Below, one piece after another: positions 56,589 through 64,000 of a DNA stretch of 64,000 nucleotides. The stretch comes from Alphaproteobacteria bacterium (GTDB lineage Bacteria > Pseudomonadota > Alphaproteobacteria > SHVZ01). Within the stretch, counting starts at the first letter, position 1. Each line of letters begins with the position of its first letter. Below the pieces are notes generated by a model. The model searched no databases and had not been told where the DNA came from. It worked only from the letters and a program-made list of their open reading frames with translations. The position numbers and the translations under genes were made by a program. The stretch is from contig SHVZ01000002.1 in the NCBI GenBank assembly GCA_009694025.1, forward strand, positions 3,366 through 67,365, in the 5' to 3' direction.

Positions 56589-57661
56589 ATGGGACTCCGC
56601 CGCCTCGTCGCCCACGTCGTCCTCGCTGCGGTGCTGTCGCTCGCGGCGACGGCGGTATCGGCGCAGACACATACGGCGCCGAAGGAGGGCGACTGGATCG
56701 CGAAGGATTTCAAATTCCACACCGGCGAGGTCATGCCGGAGGTCAAGCTTCACTACACGACGATCGGCAACCCCACGGGCGAGCCGGTGCTGGTCCTGCA
56801 CGGGACCTCGCAGTTTGGCGGCGCCATGGTGAACCCGGCCTTCGCCGGCGAGCTGTTCGGCCCCGGCCAGCCGCTGGATGCGTCGAAGTATTTCATCATC
56901 CTCCCCGACGGTCTCGGTCATGGGAAGTCGTCGAAGCCGTCCGACGGGCTGCGCGCCAAGTTTCCGCGCTACAACTACGACGACATGGTTGCGGCCCAGT
57001 ACCGGCTGGTGACCGAGGGGCTCGGTATTCGCCATCTCCGCCTGGTGATCGGGAACTCGATGGGCGGCATGCACACCTGGATCTGGGGCGTCACGCATCG
57101 GACTTGATGGACGCACTGGTGCCGATGGCATCGCAGCCAACCGAGATGTCGAGCCGCAACTGGATGATGCGGCGCCTGATCATCGACACCATCCGCACCG
57201 ATCCCGAGTGGAAGGACGGCAACTACACGACCCAGCCGAAGGCCTTCCGCATGGCCAATGTCTTCTACGGCATTGCCACCAATGGCGGGACGCTCGCCTT
57301 CCAACAGATGGCGCCGACCCGCGAGCTTGCCGACAAGCTGCTCGACCAGCGTCTGGCGGCGCCGATCGCGGCCGATGCCAATGACTTCCTCTACCAGTGG
57401 GATTCTTCGCGCGACTACAACCCGGCGCCGGGCCTCGACCGCATCAAGGCGGCGTTGCTGGCGATCAATTCCGCTGACGACGAACGCAACCCGCCTGAGA
57501 CCGGGATTCTGGAGCGCGAGTTGAAGCGCGTGAAGAACGGCAGGCTCTACCTCATTCCGGCCAGCGCTGATACGCGCGGCCACGGCACTACCGCCAATGC
57601 GCGGTGGTGGAAGGCGCAGCTTCAGGAGCTGTTGCAGGCCGCGCCGAGGCGGGCGATGTAG
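56589..57661 (+). pseudogene. exported alpha/beta-fold hydrolase (homoserine-acetyltransferase-like fold) interrupted by a 1-nt frameshift
   Basis: The frame from ATG 56589 has a signal peptide and GNSMGGMH (nucleophile elbow), and stops at 57105-57107. The homologous sequence continues in another frame from 57101 (DLMDALVPMASQP...). Restoring one base in CATCGG (about 57095-57100) would give ..WGVTHPDLMDAL.. Confidence 0.75.
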
Positions 57662-57667
57662 CCGGTC

Positions 57668-57925
57668 TCAGCCGCCGCTCAAGGCCTGAACGATGGCGAT
57701 GTCGTCACTGGGCTTGAGCGGGCGGGTGAGGTCGAAGACCTGCTCGCCGTTGACGAAGAACCGGACGTGCCGGCGCATGCGGTCCTGCTCGTCGATCATC
57801 CGGAACCGGATGCCGGGGTAGCGGCGGTCGAGGTCGGCCAGCAGCTCGGCCATGGTCAGCCCCGCCGCGTCGACCTCGCGTTGCCTCGTGTAGGAGCGGA
57901 GCGGCGTTGGGATCAGGACCTTCAT
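57668..57925 (-). CDS. MoaD/ThiS-family ubiquitin-like beta-grasp protein with a C-terminal Gly-Gly
   Basis: 85 aa. The start is at MKVLIPTPLRSY (ATG 57925), which overlaps the upstream stop (ATGA). The protein ends ..DDIAIVQALSGG, as sulfur-carrier proteins do. Confidence 0.75.
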   Translation of the reverse strand: MKVLIPTPLRSYTRQREVDAAGLTMAELLADLDRRYPGIRFRMIDEQDRMRRHVRFFVNGEQVFDLTRPLKPSDDIAIVQALSGG

Positions 57926-59118
57926 CCGATCTCCGCCGCCTCGACCGCATAGATCTCCGGCAGGTGCTGCGCCAGCACGCTCCACTTCTCGCCCTCGTTC
58001 CGGCTCGCCCACAGCTCGCCCGAGGTGGTGCCGACATAGAGGCCGACGGGATCGCCGCCATCGGCCGCCATCGCCTGGCGCTTCACCGTCCACCACGCCT
58101 TGCCGTCGGGCATGCCGGCGGCCTGGCGCTTCCAGGTCTTGCCGCCGTTCCGGGTGACGAAGGCGCCGGGGATACCGTCCGGGCTGGTCCTGGGCCAGAC
58201 GCCGCCGCCGTCCATCGGGAACACCCAGGCGACATTGTCGTCGCGGGGATGGACCACCATCGGCAACCCGATGTCGCCGACCTTCTTCGGCATGGCCTTG
58301 CCGACCCGCACCCATTCGCGCGACGGACGGTCGAGACGGTAGATGCCGCAGTGGTTCTGCTGATAGAGCCGGTCCGGGTTGCTCGGGCACATGCGGATGC
58401 AATGGGGATCGTGGAAGGCGATGTTGGCGGCATCGAAGCCCTCGACCACCTCCATGCCGGTCACCAGCGGCGTCCAGGTGCGGCCCTTGTCGACCGACTC
58501 GTGGATGCCGCCTCCGGACATGGCGAAGTAGAGATGGGCGGGATCGCGCGGATCGACGAGGATCGAATGCAGCTTCGGCCCATCCGACGTGCCGTCCTGC
58601 TCGGTACCGAACCAGCCGCGGTACTTGGGATCGTCGTGGATGGTGGAGAAGGGCGCCCAGGTGACGCCGCCGTCCTCGGAGCGGAAGAGACCCTGCGGCG
58701 AGGTGCCGGCGTACCAGACGTTCGGCTCGTTCGCATGCGCCGGCGTCAGCCAGAAGGTGTGGTCGACGGAGCGGCTCCGCATGCCCTCCGGCGACTTGGC
58801 GAAGGCGGGCGGCTTGGCCGCCTCCTTCCAGGTGCGGCCGAGATCGGTCGAGCGGAAGACGGTCGGGCCGATGTGGCCGGTCTTCGCCGCCGCCAGCAAG
58901 GTCCGCCCGTCGCGCGGGTCGAGCCTCATGTGGTTGATGATGTGGCCGAGGAAATGCGGCCCGCTCGTCCGCCACGACCGCCTGGCCGCGTCGCCGTGAT
59001 AGAGCCAGGCGCCCTTGCGGGTGGCGACCATCACCAGCACGCGGGGCTTGGCCTGCGGGCGCGAGGCGCGCTTCGTCGCGGTGCGTGACGTCGTTGCTGC
59101 TTTCCTGGCGTTCGCCAT
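57922..59118 (-). CDS. BNR/Asp-box repeat beta-propeller protein (sialidase-like fold, function unknown)
   Basis: The start is at MANARKAATT (ATG 59118). Asp-boxes are STDLGRTW, SEDGGVTW and SVDKGRTW, plus the degenerate NGGKTW and SRNEGEKW. The upstream part of the track ORF is rejected. Confidence 0.75.
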   Translation of the reverse strand: MANARKAATTSRTATKRASRPQAKPRVLVMVATRKGAWLYHGDAARRSWRTSGPHFLGHIINHMRLDPRDGRTLLAAAKTGHIGPTVFRSTDLGRTWKEAAKPPAFAKSPEGMRSRSVDHTFWLTPAHANEPNVWYAGTSPQGLFRSEDGGVTWAPFSTIHDDPKYRGWFGTEQDGTSDGPKLHSILVDPRDPAHLYFAMSGGGIHESVDKGRTWTPLVTGMEVVEGFDAANIAFHDPHCIRMCPSNPDRLYQQNHCGIYRLDRPSREWVRVGKAMPKKVGDIGLPMVVHPRDDNVAWVFPMDGGGVWPRTSPDGIPGAFVTRNGGKTWKRQAAGMPDGKAWWTVKRQAMAADGGDPVGLYVGTTSGELWASRNEGEKWSVLAQHLPEIYAVEAAEIG

Positions 59119-59245
59119 CGGCCTTTCCTCCCTAGCGCGTCGACCGATCCGTGACTCCGGAGCCTTCGCTTGAAGCGAACGGCCGGAGTGAAGTCTCTCC
59201 AGATCGCGCTGGTGCGTCCAGCCCGTCTGCGACCGAGCCGGGTTC

Positions 59246-59884
59246 CTAAAGTCCCTTGGTCGCGGCGAGGAAGCGGCGGATCTTGTCCGGTGACTTGACG
59301 CCTGGGCGGTCCTCGACACCGGTAGAGACGTCGATCCGCGTCGCTCCGGTCGACCGGATGGCCTCGGCGACGTTCTCCGCCGTCAGGCCGCCGGAGAGCA
59401 TCCAGGGCACCGACCAGCGCGCGTCCTTAAGCAGCTTCCAGTCGAAGGGGAGCCCGTTGCCGCCGGGAAGGCCGCCCGGCGGCGGCTTGGCATCGAACAG
59501 CAGGAGATCGGTGCAGCATTCGTAGTCGCGGACCCGGGCGACGTCGCCGGCGGTGGCGATCGACAGCGCCTTCATCACCTTCCGCCCGGTCCGCTTCGCT
59601 ATCTCGGCGACGCGCGCCGGCGTCTCGCTGCCATGGAGTTGCAAGATGTCGGGCGACAGCGCCTCGACGATCTCGTCCAGCAGCCGGTCTTCGGCATCGA
59701 CGACGAGCGCGACCTTCGAGATGGTCTTAGGGACCGGAGCCGACAGGCGCGCCGCGACTTCCGGCGTCACCGCGCGCGGCGACTTCGGATAGAAGTTGAA
59801 GCCGACATAGGCGGCGGCGCCCTCGATCGCGGCGGCGACGGTCTCGGCGGAATTGAGCCCGCAGATCTTGACCACGGCGGTCAT
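59246..59884 (-). CDS. trpF: phosphoribosylanthranilate isomerase
   Basis: VKICGL..GFNFYPKSPR..LSGGL is the PRAI pattern. Confidence 0.9.
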   Translation of the reverse strand: MTAVVKICGLNSAETVAAAIEGAAAYVGFNFYPKSPRAVTPEVAARLSAPVPKTISKVALVVDAEDRLLDEIVEALSPDILQLHGSETPARVAEIAKRTGRKVMKALSIATAGDVARVRDYECCTDLLLFDAKPPPGGLPGGNGLPFDWKLLKDARWSVPWMLSGGLTAENVAEAIRSTGATRIDVSTGVEDRPGVKSPDKIRRFLAATKGL

Positions 59885-59894
59885 GGCGCGCCGA

Positions 59895-60626
59895 TCACGC
59901 CGCCTCGGCCATCTGGCGGGCGATCTCGTCGACCGCCTGGCCCGGATCCTTGGCCTGGGTGATCGGCCGGCCGATGACGAGGTAGCTGGCGCCCCGGCGG
60001 ATCGCCTCGGCCGGCGTCACCACGCGCTTCTGGTCGTCGCCCGCCGCGGCCATGCGGATGCCCGGCACCACCAGGAGGAAGTCCGGGCCATGGGCGGTGC
60101 GGAGCGCGGCCGATTCCTCGGCCGAGCAGACGACACCATCCAGCCCGGCCTGGTGCGTCAGGTCGGCGAGCCGCTTCACCTGGTCGAGGGCCGGACTCTG
60201 CTGGCCGACCTCCGCCAGGTCGGCGTCGTCGAGGCTGGTCAGCACGGTGACGGCGAGCAGGCGCGGGCGCTCGATCCCGGCCTTGGCCGCGGCCTCGGAT
60301 GCCGCGTCGCGTGCCGCCTCCATCATCGCCCGCCCGCCGGCGGCATGGACGTTCAGGAGATAGGGCCGGCAGCTCGTCGTGATCGAGCGGACGGCGCCGG
60401 CGACCGTGTTCGGAATGTCGTGGAGCTTGAGGTCGAGGAAGATGCGGGCGCCGCTCGCCTCGGCGACGCGGCGGACGCCCGCGGGGCCATGGGCGCCGTA
60501 GAATTCGAGGCCGAGCTTGATGCCGCCGATGGTCGCCGCGAGGTCGGCGCTCAAACGTTGGGCCCAGGCGAGATCGGTGGTGTCGAGGGCGCAGAAGACG
60601 CGCCGGATCGGGGCGGTCATGGTCAT
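59895..60626 (-). CDS. pyrF: orotidine 5'-phosphate decarboxylase
   Basis: FLDLKLHDIPNT and YLVIGRPIT are OMP decarboxylase motifs. Confidence 0.9.
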   Translation of the reverse strand: MTMTAPIRRVFCALDTTDLAWAQRLSADLAATIGGIKLGLEFYGAHGPAGVRRVAEASGARIFLDLKLHDIPNTVAGAVRSITTSCRPYLLNVHAAGGRAMMEAARDAASEAAAKAGIERPRLLAVTVLTSLDDADLAEVGQQSPALDQVKRLADLTHQAGLDGVVCSAEESAALRTAHGPDFLLVVPGIRMAAAGDDQKRVVTPAEAIRRGASYLVIGRPITQAKDPGQAVDEIARQMAEAA

Positions 60627-60662
60627 TGCGGGGGCTTATAGCAGACCCCGGATGGCCCGGGT

Positions 60663-61160
60663 ATGGTCCCGGCCATGGACGCGCTGACGATCCGCCTAGC
60701 GATTCCGTCCGACGCCAAGGAGATCGTCCGGTTGATCCGGGCGCTCGCCGCCTCGGGCGATCGCACCGCGCCGATGATCGCGCCGGTGACGGAAGCCTCG
60801 GTGATCGCCGACGGTTTCGGGGCATCTCCCTGCTTCGAGGTGATCCTCGCGGTTCGCGGCGACGTGGCCGTCGGCCTTGCCCAGCTCTACCCGATCTACG
60901 CCGCTTGGCGCGGCGAGCGCGCGGTGTCGATCGCCAACCTCTATGTCGCGCCCGATGAACGTGGCGGCGGCCTTGGCCGGCGCCTGATCCGATTGGTTGC
61001 ACAAAGAGCGGTCGCCCTGGGCGCAAAACGCCTGGAGCTTCAGGTCGAGGCCGAGAATCCGGCGCGCGGGTTCTATGCGCGGGTCGGGTTTTCCCTGCTG
61101 ACGGACATTCGCTGCCGCATGGACGCGGTGGCGATGCGGCAGGTTGCGGAGGGATCGTGA
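60663..61160 (+). CDS. GNAT-family N-acetyltransferase
   Basis: The acetyl-CoA binding motif is RGGGLGRRLI. The protein is 165 aa. Confidence 0.8.
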   Translation: MVPAMDALTIRLAIPSDAKEIVRLIRALAASGDRTAPMIAPVTEASVIADGFGASPCFEVILAVRGDVAVGLAQLYPIYAAWRGERAVSIANLYVAPDERGGGLGRRLIRLVAQRAVALGAKRLELQVEAENPARGFYARVGFSLLTDIRCRMDAVAMRQVAEGS

Positions 61161-61549
61161 TGGCCAAGAAAGGACTCGATCGGATCGAGGCGATCTTGCG
61201 TGAGCATGCGCTCACCTTCCCTGAAACCCACGAGGATTTCCCTTGGGGCGAGCGGGCCTTGAAGGTCAAGGGCAAGGTCTTCGTCTTCATGCGTTCAGCC
61301 GACGGCACGCTCGGGTTTTCGGTCAAGCTGCCGTACTCGCGCGACGACGCGCTCGCCGAGCCGTTCGCCAAGCCGACCGGCTACGGCCTCGGCAAGTCCG
61401 GCTGGGTGTCGTTCTCGTTCGAGGCGGCCGACGAGGCGCCGGTCGACCGGATCAAGCGCTGGATCGGTGAGAGCTATCGGGCGGTCGCGCCGAGGCGGCT
61501 GGTCGAGGTGTTGGACGGGCCGCGGCCGGCGATGCGCCGCCGGACCTGA
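61157..61549 (+). CDS. MmcQ/YjbR-family protein
   Basis: FPETHEDFPWGERALKVKGKVF..KSGWV is the YjbR-like pattern. The start overlaps the GNAT stop (ATGA). Confidence 0.7.
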   Translation: MMAKKGLDRIEAILREHALTFPETHEDFPWGERALKVKGKVFVFMRSADGTLGFSVKLPYSRDDALAEPFAKPTGYGLGKSGWVSFSFEAADEAPVDRIKRWIGESYRAVAPRRLVEVLDGPRPAMRRRT

Positions 61550-61552
61550 GCC

Positions 61553-62482
61553 TCAACTCCGCTCGACCGCGAGCTGGGCCGCGGCCAGATCCTCGAGCGC
61601 GGTCCCGACCGACTTGAAGACGGTGATTTCGTCGGCCGAGCCCCGGCCCTTCACCTGGTCGCGGGTGAGGTCGAAAAGATCGCCGATGATTTCCTTGAGG
61701 GCGCCGGAGGCGAGCGGCTGGACGATGTCGCCGGCCTCCCTGGTGGCGCCGGCGCGGGTGTCGACATAGACGCGTCCGCGGCGGACGGCGTCGTCGTCGG
61801 CCTCCCGCATCTTCGGCGTATAGGCGCCGACGAGGTCGAGATGGGCGCCGGGCTTGAGCCAGGCACCCTTGACGATCGGCACGGCCGACAGCGTCGCCGT
61901 GGTGACGATGTCGGCGACCCGCACGGCCGCCTCCAGGTCGTCGGTCGCCACCGCCGGAAGGCCCCTGGTCGAGAGGCTGGCGGCGAGCGCGCGGGCCTTC
62001 CCGGCGTCCCGGCCCCAGACCGTGATCCGGCGGATCGGCCGGGACGAGGCATGGGCCTGGATCAGGTGGGGGGCGAGCGCGCCGGTGCCGACCATCAGGT
62101 GATGGCTCGCGTCCGCCCGCGCGAGATATGACGCGGCCAGCGCCGAGGCGGCGGCCGTGCGCCTGAGCGTCAGCATCGGCCCGTCGATGAGCGCCAACGG
62201 CTGGCCGGTCATGCCGTCGAGCAGGGTATAGATGCCCATCACCGCCGGCAGGCCCTTGGCGCCGTTGCCGGGAAACACCGTCACCGTCTTGACCCCGACA
62301 TGGCGGCCGATCTGCCAAGCCGGCATCAGGAGGAGGATCGCCTCCGGCCCGCCCGGAACCTGAACCGGGTGGTGGTGGCGGGTCGGCAGCTCGCAGCCGG
62401 AGCGGAACATCTCGCGCAGACGCCCGATCAGAGAGGGAAAGTCGAGGCGGCGCTCGACCTCCGCCGCATCCAGGGTCTGCAT
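61553..62482 (-). CDS. ornithine cyclodeaminase / mu-crystallin family protein
   Basis: Length and the Rossmann segment MVGTGALAPHLI fit the family, along with TVWGR and the C-terminal KSVG..ED pattern. Confidence 0.8.
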   Translation of the reverse strand: MQTLDAAEVERRLDFPSLIGRLREMFRSGCELPTRHHHPVQVPGGPEAILLLMPAWQIGRHVGVKTVTVFPGNGAKGLPAVMGIYTLLDGMTGQPLALIDGPMLTLRRTAAASALAASYLARADASHHLMVGTGALAPHLIQAHASSRPIRRITVWGRDAGKARALAASLSTRGLPAVATDDLEAAVRVADIVTTATLSAVPIVKGAWLKPGAHLDLVGAYTPKMREADDDAVRRGRVYVDTRAGATREAGDIVQPLASGALKEIIGDLFDLTRDQVKGRGSADEITVFKSVGTALEDLAAAQLAVERS

Positions 62483-62486
62483 CAGG

Positions 62487-62828
62487 TCATGCGGGAGAGG
62501 CGGGGGGCAGGGCCGGGTGATGACGGGGCGCCGCCCGGGCGGCCTCGGCGAGCTTCCGCTCGGCCGTCTCGGCCCGCTTCGCCTCGCGCCGGGCCCTAAG
62601 CCTCGCCGACAGCGTCCCGAAGCCGGCGAGCGCCGCGCCCGTGAGAAAGCCGAGTACGAGGCCCCCGAGCGCCAGAAGATAAACGGGCATTTCCACGAGG
62701 TCGTCGAAGGGCCAGAGGCCGATGGCGACGGGCGCTCGGTTGGAGAGCGCGAAGTCGATCACAAGCAGGGTGAGCGGCAGGGTGGCGGCAGCCCCGAGCG
62801 CACGGGTCAGGGCCGAACGGCCGGCCAT
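62487..62828 (-). CDS. LapA/DUF1049-family inner-membrane protein
   Basis: There are two TM segments and a basic C-terminal tail. It lies directly downstream of ihfB, a common arrangement. Confidence 0.7.
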   Translation of the reverse strand: MAGRSALTRALGAAATLPLTLLVIDFALSNRAPVAIGLWPFDDLVEMPVYLLALGGLVLGFLTGAALAGFGTLSARLRARREAKRAETAERKLAEAARAAPRHHPALPPASPA

Positions 62829-62833
62829 CCGCG

Positions 62834-63148
62834 TCAGGTCGCCGCGTCTTTGGCGCCCTCGGGCGTGTCTTCGCCGTTCAGGCGGTCGCGGAGCTGCTTG
62901 CCGGTCTTGAAATAAGGGATCGCCTTGGCGGCGACGTCGACGGCCTCGCCGGTGCGCGGATTGCGGCCGGTGCGTTGGGCCCGGCGCTTGACCGAGAAGG
63001 CGCCGAAGCCACGTAGCTCGACCCGGTCGCCGCGCGCCAACGCCTTCGCGATCTCGTCGAAAATGGTGGAGACGATGCGCTCTACATCGCGCTGGAACAG
63101 GTGCGGGTTGAGTTCGGCCAGACGCAGGATCAGTTCCGACTTGGTCAT
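62834..63148 (-). CDS. ihfB: integration host factor beta subunit
   Basis: The start is at MTKSELI (ATG 63148). [27 protein letters not shown] is the HU/IHF arm. Confidence 0.9.
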   Translation of the reverse strand: MTKSELILRLAELNPHLFQRDVERIVSTIFDEIAKALARGDRVELRGFGAFSVKRRAQRTGRNPRTGEAVDVAAKAIPYFKTGKQLRDRLNGEDTPEGAKDAAT

Positions 63149-63296
63149 GACGTTCCCCTGGTCGCTCCGCGCGCCGTCTCGTCGGTGCCTAAGTCTTTGG
63201 TCGGGACCGGAAACCCCTTGGCCCCTCGGGAAGAAGAGCCTGCCCGACCGGGCTTCGCCCGTCAAGGGGTAAGCCTCTCGGATTGCTGCCTTTTCC

Positions 63297-63335
63297 GTCC
63301 CCCAAAACGACGAGGGGGCCGCTGGGGCCCCCTCG
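63297..63335 (-). terminator. Rho-independent terminator after rpsA
   Basis: On the minus strand, a 10-bp GC stem (CGAGGGGGCC / GGCCCCCTCG) with a 5-nt loop is followed by TCGTTTTGGGGG. Confidence 0.55.
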
Positions 63336-63363
63336 CCGTCGATTCCGGCCGATTTCCGGCCGA

Positions 63364-64000
63364 TCACTCGGGGTCGGATTGCTCGCGATCCTTCTCGCGC
63401 TTCTTGATCGCGGCACCCAGGATCTCGCCGAGACGGGCGCCCGAGTCGGTCGAGCCGTACTCGGCCATCGCCTGCTTCTCCTCGTCGGTGTCCTTCGCCT
63501 TGACCGAGAGGGTGAGCTTCCGGGTCTTGGGGTCGATCTGGGTGATCTTGGCGTCGACCTTCTCGCCGACGGCGAAGCGGTCGGGCCGCTGCTCGGAGCG
63601 CTCTCGGGAGAGCTCGGACTTCCGGATGAAGCCGGGAACGCCGTCGCCAACCAGAACGTCGAGCCCGGCCTCGCTGGTGGCGGTGACCGTGCAGGTCACG
63701 ACGTCGCCCTTCTTCAGCTTGGTCACGCCGGTCTCGAACGGATCGGAGCTCAGCTGCTTGATGCCAAGCGAGATGCGCTCCTTCTCGACGTCGATGTCGA
63801 GCACCTTCACCTTCACCAAGTCGCCGCGCTTGTGGTCCTTGATCGCGTCCTCGCCCGGGCGGTTCCAGTCGATGTCCGAGAGATGGACCATGCCATCGAT
63901 ATCGCCGGGGAGGCCCACGAACAGGCCGAACTCGGTGATGTTCTTGACCTCGCCCTCGAGCTCGGCGCCGGCCGGATGCTTCTCCAGGAAGGCCTCCCAC
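63364..64000 (-). CDS. rpsA: 30S ribosomal protein S1 (C-terminal part; 5' end outside the window)
   Basis: S1 OB-fold repeats are present ([44 protein letters not shown]). The frame is open to the window edge. Confidence 0.9.
   Translation of the reverse strand, partial: WEAFLEKHPAGAELEGEVKNITEFGLFVGLPGDIDGMVHLSDIDWNRPGEDAIKDHKRGDLVKVKVLDIDVEKERISLGIKQLSSDPFETGVTKLKKGDVVTCTVTATSEAGLDVLVGDGVPGFIRKSELSRERSEQRPDRFAVGEKVDAKITQIDPKTRKLTLSVKAKDTDEEKQAMAEYGSTDSGARLGEILGAAIKKREKDREQSDPE

Noticed and set aside
63336-63363. Short imperfect tandem GATTCCGGCC / GATTTCCGGCC just after the rpsA stop.
   Set aside because: There are only two imperfect copies of a 10-11-mer, adjacent to the terminator hairpin. 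This is probably a slippage relic with no evident function.

Overview
High-GC chromosomal segment, roughly two-thirds G+C from hand counts of sample lines. Gene content and order look alphaproteobacterial (Rhizobiales/Rhodospirillales-like). I can support about 70 protein-coding genes. I found no rRNA, tRNA, CRISPR array, transposase or integrase.

Most of the window is core metabolism: dadA, phaAB, gloB, metXW, chorismate mutase-hisC-tyrC, nrdJ, trxA, folC-accD-trpA-trpB, trpF-pyrF, ihfB and rpsA. Accessory content includes:
- an ABC-transporter-dependent polysaccharide operon on the minus strand (manC, a 1104-aa methyltransferase/coiled-coil/2xGT2 protein, wzm, wzt, a small methyltransferase);
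- a gldAFG-like ABC operon with a DUF4340 gene;
- two class III nucleotide cyclases, one fused to a His-rich membrane domain and a 2Fe-2S ferredoxin domain;
- two DUF1194 paralogs;
- one canonical and one degenerate histidine kinase.

The stretches most worth a second look are:
1. a lower-GC islet at about 1970-4970 that encodes only exported proteins, including an S1 protease with a roughly 400-aa unassignable N-terminal domain;
2. a lower-GC stretch at about 33.1-35.3 kb with a frameshifted GH108-like protein and a Cys/Trp-rich secreted protein;
3. a roughly 3.3-kb insertion splitting the conserved trpF | trpB-trpA cluster, which carries a translationally coupled MoaD/ThiS-like Gly-Gly protein and a BNR (Asp-box) propeller protein.

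Many long ORFs in the supplied track are Arg/Pro/Gly-rich antisense or out-of-frame artefacts of high GC and were not called. All family assignments rest on motif recognition by eye. No database search was run.
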